From assembly GCA_964343365.1 (NCBI GenBank), contig CAYFJI010000001.1:31102-95101 (forward strand): a stretch of DNA of 64,000 bases, given 5' to 3'. The position numbers and the translations under genes were made by a program. The notes under the pieces are model-generated. The model saw nothing but the letters and a program-made list of their open reading frames with translations. It did no database searches and was not told the DNA's origin. The number at the start of each line of letters is the position of its first letter. The stretch's first letter is position 1. Positions 1-10,331 of this stretch are shown here, one piece after another. Source of the DNA: an uncultured Acidiferrobacteraceae bacterium. Its GTDB lineage: Bacteria; Pseudomonadota; Gammaproteobacteria; Arenicellales; UBA868.

Positions 1-1164
1 TATTCTCGTGCCACAATCGAGAGGAATTGGCATGTTTTCGATTCAGCTTTTGGTCAATATCCACATCATATTTGTTATGCTGTAAAAGCAAATTCGAATT
101 TAGCAGTTCTGGATCTTCTCGTGCGTTTAGGTTCTCACTTCGATATTGTATCGGTAGGTGAGCTAGAGCGTGTAATTAGGGCTGGTGGGAGTGCATCAAA
201 CGTAATATTTTCGGGAGTTGGGAAAGGTGAATCTGAGATTAAACGTGCTATTGAATTAGGCATCGGTTGCATTAACCTGGAATCTGAATCAGAGTTGGAA
301 CGAGTGGCAAAAATAGCCGTTGAACTGGGTAAGAAAGTGCCAATAGGAATCAGAATAAATCCCGAAGTTGATGCTAAGACACATCCATATATTACGACAG
401 GTCTTCGTGACAATAAGTTTGGAGTCGAAATAAATAAAGCAGCTGAAATGTTTCGTCGTGCGGCTGATATTGAAAGTATCATAATAAAAGGCATTGCCTG
501 CCACATAGGCTCTCAGATGTTAGAGATACAGCCTTTTTTGGATGCAATTAAAAAAGTGGTAGATTTTTTGGAAGACTTGTTGACAGATGGTGTTCAGATA
601 GATCACTTGGACATTGGGGGTGGGTTTGGTATTCGGTATAAAAACGAAAATCCACCCTTACCGGCTGATTATGTAAATGCTGTTGTTGATGTGATGGAGA
701 GCCGTAGACACCGTTTACCTGTTATGATCGAGCCTGGCCGTTCAATCGTTGGGAACGCTGGGGTTCTGATAACAAAAGTTGAATATTTGAAACATAACGA
801 CCAGCGTGACTTCGCGGTTGTTGATGCGGGGATGAATGATTTAATGCGCCCTGCCCTCTATGGGAGTTACCATGAAATTTTGCCAGCGAGGCTTGGCTCT
901 GAGTCTGCTGACTACAACTATTCTGTTGTCGGCCCAATTTGTGAAAGCGCAGATTTTTTGGGCCACGAAAGGAATTTGGCATTAGCCGAAACGGATTTGC
1001 TAGTGATTCAATCTGCTGGTGCCTATGGATTTGTAATGAGCTCTAACTATAATTCCAAACCTAGACCGCCTGAAGTCATAGTTGACCAAGATCAATTTTA
1101 TGTTGTTCGAAGAAGAGAGACACTGAATCAACTAATGGAGGGCGAGTGTTTATTTCCGAGATGA
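1..1164 (+). CDS. lysA: Diaminopimelate decarboxylase, 5' end cut by the window edge
   Basis: Frame 1 is open from base 1 (YSRATIERNW...HHICYAVKANSN, the PLP-lysine motif) and runs into the listed ORF. Fold-III PLP decarboxylase motifs are present: HIGSQ, DIGGGFG, EPGRS, CESAD. Confidence 0.9.
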   Translation, partial: YSRATIERNWHVFDSAFGQYPHHICYAVKANSNLAVLDLLVRLGSHFDIVSVGELERVIRAGGSASNVIFSGVGKGESEIKRAIELGIGCINLESESELERVAKIAVELGKKVPIGIRINPEVDAKTHPYITTGLRDNKFGVEINKAAEMFRRAADIESIIIKGIACHIGSQMLEIQPFLDAIKKVVDFLEDLLTDGVQIDHLDIGGGFGIRYKNENPPLPADYVNAVVDVMESRRHRLPVMIEPGRSIVGNAGVLITKVEYLKHNDQRDFAVVDAGMNDLMRPALYGSYHEILPARLGSESADYNYSVVGPICESADFLGHERNLALAETDLLVIQSAGAYGFVMSSNYNSKPRPPEVIVDQDQFYVVRRRETLNQLMEGECLFPR

Positions 1165-1174
1165 ACTGATCTTT

Positions 1175-2752
1175 TTGAGTTCCGTACCTCCCACTCCAAT
1201 TGTGAAGATGCTAAATCTATCGATTCCCGCTAGCCGTCTTTTTGTTTTCATCACGATTTCGATGGGCGTTATAGCCAGTATTTTGCTTTCGATCTGGAGC
1301 ATCACTATCGACGATGTGATTAACAACGATGGTATCGTCTACATTAGGGCAGCCGAGTTGTGGTCTCGTGGGGACTGGCAAGCTGCTCTAGGAGTCTACA
1401 AATGGCCTTTTTATCCCTGGTTGATTATGGTTTTTAGTGATGCGTTGGGAATATCATTTAAAACAGCAGGGCATGTGTTAAATACAACTTTCTTTTCTCT
1501 CGTGGTAGTATTTTTTGTGCAGACCGTTCGTGCTTTTGGTGGTCGATCAAGAATGGCCATAATCATAGCCATGTTAATCGCATTGCTTCACCCTGCGTTT
1601 AATGAATATCGGGCTTTTTTAATTAGAGACCCAGGATATCTGGCAGCCTATTTGCTTGGAATATATAGCCTAGTATGTTATCGATGGTCACTACGAGTAC
1701 GATATTCTGTTTTCGCTATATTGAGTTTTCTTGTCGCTAGTTTATTCCGTGTTGAGGGGCTAGTTTTTCTATTTGCAATTCCTATCCTTTTGTTGGTGAG
1801 TTATTCAGGGTCAACAAAATGGCCATGGTTGCGCTATATGTTTAGTTTGTCATTAATCCTAGTGTTGGGTTGTGTGTTAGGAGGTTGGTTCATTGTGACA
1901 GAGGATGGCCCTGTCGGGCTTTTATTGTTGCAAGATCCATTGGCTGTTCTCGTGGAGGGGTGGAGTCAAATTCGGATGGGAATCGATGAAAAGCTTTTAA
2001 TTTTTGAGGAACAATTTCTAGGCCCCTATTCTACTGGTTATGCATATTTGTTGTTTGTCTTAACCGCATTAAATGTGATTTTATCTTCTATAGTTTTTGA
2101 GTTAGAAATTCCATATGTAGTGTTAGTAGGATATGGGCTGTATTCACATTCCCTGGCCAAAGATCAAAGGTTGAAGAGATTATGGGCAAGTTTTATTGTA
2201 ATTAATCTTGGAATATTGACGGTATTTGTTTTAATTATGCTATTCCTTGCACCGCGTTACCCGTTAGCGATGACAATTACCATCCTAATTGCAGCACCAT
2301 TAATTCTAGAGAAGTTAATTTCAAATATCAGAAATCAGCAGATAAAAAAAATTGGAAAGTTTTTTTTGATAGTTCTCGCGATATGGGCGTTAGGTGAAAG
2401 TTATAGTGGACTATCAAACTTTACTAGAGCTGAACATCTACGTGATGCTGGATATTGGTTATATGATAAAACAGAAAAAACATCAGGCCCGATTTTGACT
2501 AATAATCGAAAAATTGCGTTTTATGCCAGTCAAAAGGGTGTCAGAGATGTGCTTACAATTAATAACGGTATACCAGTTTCTGAAATTCCTAACCTAGTCA
2601 AAGAGCTTGGTTGCGATTTTGCTGGAATACGTGTTAAGCGAGATGACATTTTCTTAGAATCAGAATTAAGGAAAGCAATTAAAAGTAAACCAGTGAGTGT
2701 CATCGAAAACGAACATGGTGACAGAGTTTTGTTGTATGATTTAAGGGGTTAG
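1175..2752 (+). CDS. Polytopic inner-membrane protein, GT-C fold (ArnT/PMT family-39-like) glycosyltransferase candidate
   Basis: About 11 hydrophobic helices are followed by a ~130-aa soluble C-terminal domain. An acidic DD..ND motif (ITIDDVINNDGIVYI) follows TM1, as in GT-C enzymes. Start is uncertain: TTG at 1175 or ATG at 1208. Confidence 0.45.
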   Translation: MSSVPPTPIVKMLNLSIPASRLFVFITISMGVIASILLSIWSITIDDVINNDGIVYIRAAELWSRGDWQAALGVYKWPFYPWLIMVFSDALGISFKTAGHVLNTTFFSLVVVFFVQTVRAFGGRSRMAIIIAMLIALLHPAFNEYRAFLIRDPGYLAAYLLGIYSLVCYRWSLRVRYSVFAILSFLVASLFRVEGLVFLFAIPILLLVSYSGSTKWPWLRYMFSLSLILVLGCVLGGWFIVTEDGPVGLLLLQDPLAVLVEGWSQIRMGIDEKLLIFEEQFLGPYSTGYAYLLFVLTALNVILSSIVFELEIPYVVLVGYGLYSHSLAKDQRLKRLWASFIVINLGILTVFVLIMLFLAPRYPLAMTITILIAAPLILEKLISNIRNQQIKKIGKFFLIVLAIWALGESYSGLSNFTRAEHLRDAGYWLYDKTEKTSGPILTNNRKIAFYASQKGVRDVLTINNGIPVSEIPNLVKELGCDFAGIRVKRDDIFLESELRKAIKSKPVSVIENEHGDRVLLYDLRG

Positions 2753-2765
2753 ACGCAATGAGCTA

Positions 2766-4247
2766 TCAGCCAACAGCTGGGATTTCCCTTTTTTTTTGTT
2801 GAGGGGAGTCGCGAAAGTTGGAAACCAGTGATTCATTTTTATAGCTACTGGTTTCAGATTGTTTGTGCAGGCTGTTATGCACCTGATCCTGCCTTTTAGG
2901 CTCAGTAGTTTTTTTTGTAAATCTTTGGTTCTCCTCTTTTTTAACCTTATTTTTTTGGTTCTTTTTATTCTGATTAAAACTGTTTTGTTGCTTTCCTACT
3001 TTCTTCTTTGAATGACGTGAAGAGGCAGCAGGCGCTTGAGTTTGGTGCAATAGACTTTCAGAAATATCCATTTTTTTTAGCCTGTGGCCGATAAATGATT
3101 CAATATCCATTAAGGATAGGGCATGTTCTTCGCAAGCAAAGCTTATAGCGTAACCGCTTTCTCCCGCACGTGCCGTGCGCCCAATCCGATGAACATAGTC
3201 TTCTGGGTCTTGTGGTAAGTCATAATTAAACACATGACTAACCCGGGGTATGTGAAGGCCGCGAGCGGCAACATCTGTTGCTACTAATGTCTGCTTTTTT
3301 TCATTTTTGAAATCAGAAAGTAATTTTTCCCTCTTTTTCTGTGGCACGTCTCCTGACAGCACGCCTGTCGTGTAATTGTGTGCATTTAGCCATTTTCCTA
3401 ATTGTTCGCAGGTGTTTCGAGTGTTGGCAAATATCAATACACGGTTACCGCCCATTTGGTTTATCACACCTAGTAAAAGAGGAAATTTTTCGTTGTTTGC
3501 AGGGTAATAAACCTGTTCAATCAATCCATCAGCTACAGGGGTTGTTGATTCTATAGTGACAGTTTTTGGGTCATTCATATGTTCGTAGGCTAATTCTTTT
3601 ATACGGTAGGATAGTGTTGCGGAGAAAAGCATATTTAAGCGCTTGCTTGGCGCTGGCATCTTACGAAGGATGTATCGTATATCTCTGATAAAACCGAGGT
3701 CAAACATCCGATCTGCTTCATCCAAGACAATTACTTCAACGTTTTTTAAATGGAAAACGCCTTGTTTGAAATAATCAATCAGTCGGCCAGGCGTTCCTAT
3801 AAGTATGTCGACACCCTCAGAAAGTCTCGATCTCTGATTTTGGTAAGCAGTTCCTCCATAAACTAACCCTAAGCGCAAATTAGTGTATAAACCTAAGGTT
3901 TTTGCATCTTCGTGTATTTGTATCGCTAATTCTCTGGTCGGAGCTAGCACTACAGCTCGAACTGATTTTTCTGATTCAGTGTTTATGGCTTCCCGAATTA
4001 GTAGTCGCTGATAAAGTGCTAGCAAGAAAGTAGCAGTTTTTCCAGTTCCAGTATGGGCTTGCCCAGCAATATCGGTGCCTTCTAAAACAAGAGGCAACGC
4101 CTGTGCCTGAATTTCAGTACAGTAGCGAAATCCAGTAGCAACAATGCCTTTTAACAACTCTGGTCGCAAGTTAAATTGATCAAACCTTTTGTTGGTTAAG
4201 TGAGTTAAATTCTCTTTTTTAGATTTAGTAATGGAAGGCTGGTTCAT
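2766..4247 (-). CDS. rhlB: DEAD-box ATP-dependent RNA helicase with a Lys/Asn-rich C-terminal tail
   Basis: Helicase motifs AHTGTGKT, DEAD (VLDEADRMFD), SAT and HRIGRTARAG are present. It is divergent from trxA-rho, as in the enterobacterial rhlB-trxA-rho arrangement. Confidence 0.8.
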   Translation of the reverse strand: MNQPSITKSKKENLTHLTNKRFDQFNLRPELLKGIVATGFRYCTEIQAQALPLVLEGTDIAGQAHTGTGKTATFLLALYQRLLIREAINTESEKSVRAVVLAPTRELAIQIHEDAKTLGLYTNLRLGLVYGGTAYQNQRSRLSEGVDILIGTPGRLIDYFKQGVFHLKNVEVIVLDEADRMFDLGFIRDIRYILRKMPAPSKRLNMLFSATLSYRIKELAYEHMNDPKTVTIESTTPVADGLIEQVYYPANNEKFPLLLGVINQMGGNRVLIFANTRNTCEQLGKWLNAHNYTTGVLSGDVPQKKREKLLSDFKNEKKQTLVATDVAARGLHIPRVSHVFNYDLPQDPEDYVHRIGRTARAGESGYAISFACEEHALSLMDIESFIGHRLKKMDISESLLHQTQAPAASSRHSKKKVGKQQNSFNQNKKNQKNKVKKEENQRFTKKTTEPKRQDQVHNSLHKQSETSSYKNESLVSNFRDSPQQKKREIPAVG

Positions 4248-4559
4248 AATAATCGTTTACTGATGAACATTTAATTCTAATGTCCTATTTTTCTGTCTGG
4301 GCAAAACTTTTCAGCGATAGAATAAGCGCGAATTCTTAGGTTCAGTTGCTACAAATTTTTTACTTTTGAAAAAAATATCCCTGTTAAGTAGAATAGAGGC
4401 TGGGTAAAAGTTTTACCATCTTGAAGTTAGGCCTGTTTCGCGAGCGCCGAGAAATGATGGTTTGGTGTTTAGTTCAAATGAACCATTGTGACATAATAGC
4501 ATAACTCGGCCAAAGCCGCTTCTTCATACATTTAGATTAAAAAATTAAGGTGACATTAC

Positions 4560-4892
4560 ATGTCCGACTCCGACAATATTTTTCATATTAGTGATGAATC
4601 ATTTGAAACAGAAGTATTACAATCCGAAAAGCCAGTCCTGATTGATTATTGGGCTGAATGGTGTGGACCATGCAAGATGATAGCGCCAATCCTCGATGAA
4701 ATAGCTTTGGAGTATTCTGATCGATTAAAAGTGGTAAAGTTAAATATAGATGATAACCCTCAAACACCTCCTAAATATGGTATTCGTGGAATTCCAACGC
4801 TTATGGTATTTAAGGGTGGACAGGTCGAGGCTACCAAAGTCGGGGCGGTGTCTAAGACCCAACTAACAGCATTTCTTGATGATAATCTTTAG
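4560..4892 (+). CDS. trxA: Thioredoxin 1
   Basis: 110 aa with the WCGPCK active site and full-length resemblance to TrxA. It lies directly upstream of rho. Confidence 0.95.
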   Translation: MSDSDNIFHISDESFETEVLQSEKPVLIDYWAEWCGPCKMIAPILDEIALEYSDRLKVVKLNIDDNPQTPPKYGIRGIPTLMVFKGGQVEATKVGAVSKTQLTAFLDDNL

Positions 4893-5101
4893 GTTAGGGG
4901 CATTGTTTCTATTAAATAACAAATTACTGGACTTTGGGGGGTAGCTGGTGGTAACCTCTCGCGACAGCCTATAGAAATAACAGGCTCAATATCTGAACCC
5001 ACCCGAATTTTCCCTTGGTCAGAGTTCTTCTCGTTGTCGGCGCGCTGACGCAATTTCGGTTGATGGGCAATTTACTATTCCAAAATTGATGGCTATTACT
5101 T

Positions 5102-6364
5102 ATGTCCCTTAGTCTTACTGAGCTTAAAGAAAAAACACCGACACAACTCGCCGCATTTGCGCGAGAATTAAATTTGCAAAATGTCACTCGAATGAGAAGA
5201 CAAGATCAGATCTTTTCGATCTTGAAAACTCAGGCCAAGAGAGGTGAGAAGATAAAAGGCGAGGGTGTTATTGAGATATTGCAGGACGGTTATGGATTCT
5301 TGAGATCGGCTAGCAGTTCATATCTAGCTGGACCTGATGACATCTATGTTTCGCCAAGCCAGTTGCGTCGTTTTGGTCTACGAACTGGAGATACTGTAAG
5401 CGGATTAATACGACCACCAAAAGATTCAGAACGTTACTTTGCTCTTTTAAAGGTAGAAACGATTAACTTTCAATCACCCGATGAAGCTAAAAGTAAAATT
5501 CTATTTGAGAATCTAACCCCTCTTCACCCTAATGAACGTATCAGGCTAGAGCAAGAAAACGGATCAACCGAAGATCTAACTGGAAGAGTTATCGATCTTA
5601 TAGCACCTATAGGAAAAGGTCAGAGAGGGCTGTTAGTATCAGCGCCGAAGACTGGTAAGACGGTTATGTTGCAGCAAATAGCTCAATCGGTCACAGCATC
5701 TCAACCAGACTGTGTTCTCATGGTTTTGCTGATAGACGAGCGACCAGAAGAAGTTACAGATATGAAAAGAACAGTAAATGGTGAAGTAATTTCGTCTACA
5801 TTTGATGAGCCAGCATCTCGGCATGTTCAGGTAGCGGAGATGGTGATAGAGAAAGCTAAACGTTTAGTAGAACATAAACGAGATGTTGTAATTCTTCTAG
5901 ATTCAATAACTCGTTTAGCTAGAGCATATAATACAGTTCAGCCAGCATCGGGTAAGGTACTGACTGGTGGTGTAGATGCTAATGCACTTCAAAAACCTAA
6001 ACGGTTTTTTGGTGCGGCCAGAAATATAGAAGAAGGGGGCAGCCTAACTATCATTGCTACCGCATTGATTGATACCGGCTCGAAAATGGATGACATCATA
6101 TACGAAGAATTCAAGGGAACTGGTAATTCAGAGATTCATCTAGACCGTCGTATATCGGAAAAAAGAGTTTATCCGGCGATCACGATTGGACGTTCTAGCA
6201 CTCGCAGAGAAGAGCTTCTAACCGAGCCCAGTGAACTCCAGAAAATCTGGTTGTTGCGAAAACTCCTACATCCAATGGAGGACGTTGAGGCTATAGAGTT
6301 TTTGCTCGATAAGTTAAAAGCGACTAAGAACAATGCTGAATTTTTTAAGTCTATGAATCGATAA
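5102..6364 (+). CDS. rho: Transcription termination factor Rho
   Basis: 420 aa with an N-terminal Rho RNA-binding region (GYGFLR), a Walker A (APKTGKT) and a conserved C-terminus (VYPAI...SSTRREELL). Confidence 0.97.
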   Translation: MSLSLTELKEKTPTQLAAFARELNLQNVTRMRRQDQIFSILKTQAKRGEKIKGEGVIEILQDGYGFLRSASSSYLAGPDDIYVSPSQLRRFGLRTGDTVSGLIRPPKDSERYFALLKVETINFQSPDEAKSKILFENLTPLHPNERIRLEQENGSTEDLTGRVIDLIAPIGKGQRGLLVSAPKTGKTVMLQQIAQSVTASQPDCVLMVLLIDERPEEVTDMKRTVNGEVISSTFDEPASRHVQVAEMVIEKAKRLVEHKRDVVILLDSITRLARAYNTVQPASGKVLTGGVDANALQKPKRFFGAARNIEEGGSLTIIATALIDTGSKMDDIIYEEFKGTGNSEIHLDRRISEKRVYPAITIGRSSTRREELLTEPSELQKIWLLRKLLHPMEDVEAIEFLLDKLKATKNNAEFFKSMNR

Positions 6365-6454
6365 GAATGTAGTTATTGCACTATTCTTTATTCTTGTCAT
6401 ATTATTGACGGTTACTGATTCAAAATTTTTTAAATTAGTTAGGTGGTAAATTAT

Positions 6455-6661
6455 ATGAAAACTGATATTCATCCAAAATACGAGACAATAAAAGTTACTT
6501 GTCATTGTGGAAATAGTTTTGAGACACGCTCAACTCTGGATACGGATCTTAGTATCGAGATATGTTCTGAGTGCCATCCTTTTTACACGGGTCAGCAAAA
6601 AATAGTTGATACTGCAGGGCGGGTTGGTAAGTTTCAAAAAAAGTACGGAAGACAGAGTTGA
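6455..6661 (+). CDS. rpmE: 50S ribosomal protein L31 (zinc-ribbon C+ form)
   Basis: The product begins MKTDIHPKY and carries CHC...[10 protein letters not shown] cysteines. AGGTGG lies 8 nt upstream of the ATG at 6455; the listed ORF starts earlier, at GTG 6443. Confidence 0.92.
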   Translation: MKTDIHPKYETIKVTCHCGNSFETRSTLDTDLSIEICSECHPFYTGQQKIVDTAGRVGKFQKKYGRQS

Positions 6662-6937
6662 AATTTGATATGAGCCTTGTTTATGACTTAGGAGTCTTTT
6701 GAATCAGTATAGAATATCAACGAGCTAAATTATTTAGCAGGCCAAGGAGAAATCCGGCTTCTTTTTTCAAAAAAAACACCGCCAAGTCAATTAATTTTAG
6801 TTTCTCAGGAGTATTCTTAACGGTCGGTTTTGACTAAGATTGACCAACAAGAAAGTGCGTTCGATCATGACTTTTTAAGGGTTAGAGTAGCTAATGACGA
6901 TCCTTTTGCAGAGAGCTTTAATTAAATTGTGATTACT

Positions 6938-7540
6938 ATGAATAAAAGAAATTTTATTATTCTTTTTCTCATTTTCTTATCAATTACTGCTAGTCTTGCA
7001 TACTACTTGGGTGTTCGTCTTTCTTACAATTCGGGTGATGTTGATTTTTATGCTAACGTTGGAGGTGATTTTACGTTAAGGTCTGAATTCCGGCCCGTTT
7101 CACTATCAGATTTCCAAGGAAAGGTAGTACTTTTGTTTTTTGGATTTACCTCCTGCCCAGATTATTGTCCAACCGAATTGGCGAGAATTGCATCGGCTAT
7201 TAGAACACTTTCTGAAAATGAAAGAAACCAAACTCAAGTACTCTTTGTTACCATTGATCCCGAAAGAGATACAATCGAAAAAGTTAGCCAGTATACAAAA
7301 TTTTTTCACCCAAATATTTTGGGACTAGTTGGAACTCCCGAGCAAGTGCGAGATGTGGCCGATAAATTTTTTGTGTTTTATGAAATTGTCAAAGATCCCG
7401 ATTCCGATATAGCATATACGATTGATCATACTTTAACTACCTTCCTTATAGCTCGGGATGGGCGAGTGAAAAAGCTAATTGATAAACATTGGACGAGCAC
7501 ACAGTTAGCTGATGCTGTTCGCGTTGCGTTACGAGATTAG
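6938..7540 (+). CDS. SCO1/SenC family copper chaperone / thiol-disulfide protein
   Basis: An N-terminal membrane anchor, a CPDYCP (CxxxC) motif and a downstream DHT histidine in a thioredoxin-like fold. The ATG at 6938 is preferred over the GTG at 6929. Confidence 0.8.
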   Translation: MNKRNFIILFLIFLSITASLAYYLGVRLSYNSGDVDFYANVGGDFTLRSEFRPVSLSDFQGKVVLLFFGFTSCPDYCPTELARIASAIRTLSENERNQTQVLFVTIDPERDTIEKVSQYTKFFHPNILGLVGTPEQVRDVADKFFVFYEIVKDPDSDIAYTIDHTLTTFLIARDGRVKKLIDKHWTSTQLADAVRVALRD

Positions 7541-7557
7541 TCCAGGGATTGCTGATC

Positions 7558-8451
7558 ATGAATATTTGGCAATATGCAGATTTGCTTGAAAAAAAATTAT
7601 TGGCCAACAATCTATTTTTTGGACATGGGGTAGATAATGCTTTTGATGAAGCAGTTTGGCTGATAATGTCTGGGGCTAATATCAAAGAGGAAGCTTTAAA
7701 TCAGAAACTAAATTTAAGTGAAAAACAGATGTTAGCTATTGATGTTCTTGCTAATAAACGAATCAAAACACGCAGACCGCTATCGTATTTGTTGAATAAA
7801 GCATGGTTTGCAGGCCATGAGTTTTATATTGATGAGCGCGCCATTATTCCTAGATCATACATTGGAGAGTGGATACCGGAACGATTCAAGCCTTGGTTAG
7901 TGAATGAAAAAGTTGATATGATTCTTGATCTATGCACTGGTTCGGGTTGTATTGGCGTTGCTTTAGCAATGGCATTTCCAGAGTCCAAAGTTGATGCAAC
8001 TGATATTTCATCGGATGCGTTGGATGTAGCGAAGATAAATGCTAAAAAGTTTTTGATGTCTCACAAAATGCGTTTTTTTCAGGGAGATTTATTTAACGCG
8101 CTACCAACAGTTATAGCGTACGACCTGATTGTTTGTAATCCTCCTTATGTGAACGATGTGATAATGAATTCTCTCCCAACCGAGTATGAATTTGAACCTC
8201 AACTAGCCCTAGCTGGGGGCAAGGATGGCCTATTTTTCATAAGGAAAATTCTTAGAAAGGCTCGTCACTATCTTAACAGTAAAGGAGTTATTTTTATCGA
8301 AGTAGGCAGTGCAGCAGAATCTGTGGAGCAAGCTTGGCCCACAGTGCCTTTTACATGGTTAACATCATTTAGTGGTGACTCACCTATATTACTTATTACA
8401 GCAGAGCAGCTGGATACTTACAAAAAACATTTTGATTATTTGGAAGCATAA
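7558..8451 (+). CDS. prmB: Ribosomal protein L3 N5-glutamine methyltransferase
   Basis: Collinear with E. coli PrmB: NKAWFAGHEFYIDERAIIPRS, DLCTGSGCIG, and NPPYV as the catalytic motif. Confidence 0.85.
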   Translation: MNIWQYADLLEKKLLANNLFFGHGVDNAFDEAVWLIMSGANIKEEALNQKLNLSEKQMLAIDVLANKRIKTRRPLSYLLNKAWFAGHEFYIDERAIIPRSYIGEWIPERFKPWLVNEKVDMILDLCTGSGCIGVALAMAFPESKVDATDISSDALDVAKINAKKFLMSHKMRFFQGDLFNALPTVIAYDLIVCNPPYVNDVIMNSLPTEYEFEPQLALAGGKDGLFFIRKILRKARHYLNSKGVIFIEVGSAAESVEQAWPTVPFTWLTSFSGDSPILLITAEQLDTYKKHFDYLEA

Positions 8452-8464
8452 TCAAAGAGCTAAT

Positions 8465-8647
8465 TTATATTTCAATCATCTCAAAATCATCCTTACCAAC
8501 GCCACAGTCGGGACAGGTCCAACTGTCGGGCACATCTTCCCAACGGGTGCCAGGTGAAATTCCATCTTCTGGCCAACCTTCTGCTTCATCGTAAATTAGT
8601 CCACAAACAACACACATCCAACTCTTAAATTTTTGATGTTCGTCCAT
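8465..8647 (-). CDS. Rubredoxin
   Basis: 60 aa with two CxxC pairs (CVVCG ... CPDCG) and the conserved WxCPxCG...F core. Confidence 0.9.
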   Translation of the reverse strand: MDEHQKFKSWMCVVCGLIYDEAEGWPEDGISPGTRWEDVPDSWTCPDCGVGKDDFEMIEI

Positions 8648-8872
8648 TTATAATAGCCATAATCTCGATCGTACGAATATAATTCGCACTAAAGTCCCGT
8701 AAACGTCGAATTGTTTAATGTTCAAATCTCAGACAAGCGAAAACTATTCGGGCAAAGTAAACCTTTGCTCAAATTTTCACTTAGCCGCAATAAACCAAAG
8801 CGTCGACAATTAGTCAGACGCAATTAAACGAAAGAGGAACCAGCAATCTAGACTCTAGAAAGCTAGTAGAGG

Positions 8873-9085
8873 TCAGTCGGTTGGCACGACGTCTTCTGCC
8901 GCCGGGCCTTTATCCCTTGTCACTAACCCGAATTCAACTTGCTGACCTTCTGTAAGCGTTTTGAACCCCTCGCCTCTGATTTCACGGTAATGGACGAATA
9001 CATCGTCCCCATTTTCCTGAGCAATAAAGCCGTAGCCTTTTCGCTCATTGAACCACTTTACAGTTCCTGTATGCCGTTCCGACAT
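8873..9085 (-). CDS. Cold-shock protein, CspA family
   Basis: 70 aa with RNP1/RNP2 motifs ([20 protein letters not shown]). Confidence 0.92.
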   Translation of the reverse strand: MSERHTGTVKWFNERKGYGFIAQENGDDVFVHYREIRGEGFKTLTEGQQVEFGLVTRDKGPAAEDVVPTD

Positions 9086-9189
9086 GACACCTCCAAATGT
9101 TCACTTAAACCTGATGTAAATGTGTTGTCTCGTTGCGCGACAACAACTGGTGACATTCTAACGTTGTTAATACCCAAATTGAAACAGCA

Positions 9190-10146
9190 TTATCTAGGGG
9201 TTTTGTTGTTTTCACACAACACTTTGAATGTTGTTTCGCCACTGGCATTAAACCATTCTTCGATTAATCGAAAAGCAATTGAAAAAGATGTTGGGGGTAT
9301 AAATTTGCCATTCCTTAGTCGTTTAGCAAGTTGTTCCCGACTTAACCATTGTGCATGTTCGAGTTCTTTATCGTGAAGTTTAATTTCAGTTGATCCCTTT
9401 GCTACTGCTTTATACCCCAGCATCAAGGAATTTGAGAAGGGCCAAGGTTGAGAGGAGTGGTAAGATACTTCAGCTACTTCCACACCCGTTTCTTCAGCAA
9501 CTTCACGCACTACTGCTTGCTCTGCACTTTCGCCAGCTTCGACGAATCCGGCAATGGTCGAATAACGGAATTGTGGCCATTCTGATTTTCGACCAAAGAG
9601 CGCTTGATCTTGATGCTCGACGAGGACAATTATTGCGGGATCGATTTTTGGATAGTGTTCGTGTTGGCAAGCAAGTTGCGAACACACCAAGACATTTCCA
9701 CCTAGGGAATCGGACGTGGGTGATCCACATAAGCCACAGTTTTTATGGTCATTTCGCCAGCTTAACAGTGTTATGGCGCAGCCTAATACTGCCGCATCCT
9801 GAGCATTTAGGAGATGTACAGAATGAAGTAGATCACTAAATTCCTTACATTCGTCTGAATTTGGTTCAACTTGGGTTGCAAAATAGTGCGACTTACCCAC
9901 ATATCCTATATAAACTGGTGCAGTAATGCATTTAAATCTAGAAATATCATGCTTAGTAAACTCAGCTTTTTTTACTTGGCTCTGATTTTTTAAAAGGAGG
10001 ACTTTTTTGTTCCAAATTGGAAGAAATTTAGTATCTTGGCTATCAACAAGCGCATTTAAAGTACTGTTACTACCTAAAACACGCGCTGACCTGTCAATTG
10101 TAGCGCTAGCAAAGAAATTTTGGTAACTATACTGAAGATGATTCAT
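9190..10146 (-). CDS. nudC: NAD(+)/NADH diphosphatase (Nudix, NudC type)
   Basis: Zinc-ribbon cysteines (CGLCGS...CSQLAC), a Nudix box (GFVEAGESAEQAVVREVAEETGV) and the NudC signature SQPWPFSNSLMLGY. Confidence 0.8.
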   Translation of the reverse strand: MNHLQYSYQNFFASATIDRSARVLGSNSTLNALVDSQDTKFLPIWNKKVLLLKNQSQVKKAEFTKHDISRFKCITAPVYIGYVGKSHYFATQVEPNSDECKEFSDLLHSVHLLNAQDAAVLGCAITLLSWRNDHKNCGLCGSPTSDSLGGNVLVCSQLACQHEHYPKIDPAIIVLVEHQDQALFGRKSEWPQFRYSTIAGFVEAGESAEQAVVREVAEETGVEVAEVSYHSSQPWPFSNSLMLGYKAVAKGSTEIKLHDKELEHAQWLSREQLAKRLRNGKFIPPTSFSIAFRLIEEWFNASGETTFKVLCENNKTPR

Positions 10147-10331
10147 TGTAAAGGTGGCAAAAATATTGCACCTAATATTATTGTCAATTTTGCACAGGTG
10201 CTAGCATACTATGTTGTACTCAATTTCACAGTCTTATTTTAAAAAAATTAGGAATTAGTCAACTACTTATACACTAACTGTACCCATTATTATGTTGAAA
10301 CAAATGTTAATGGAACTTAAGGGAGCTTTTC

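Noticed and set aside
8752-8768. A short hairpin, GCAAAG-taaac-CTTTGC, between rubredoxin and the csp gene, as a possible intrinsic terminator.
   Set aside because: It has only a 6-bp AT-containing stem and no clean U-tract on the strand where the csp transcript would end. That is too weak to call.
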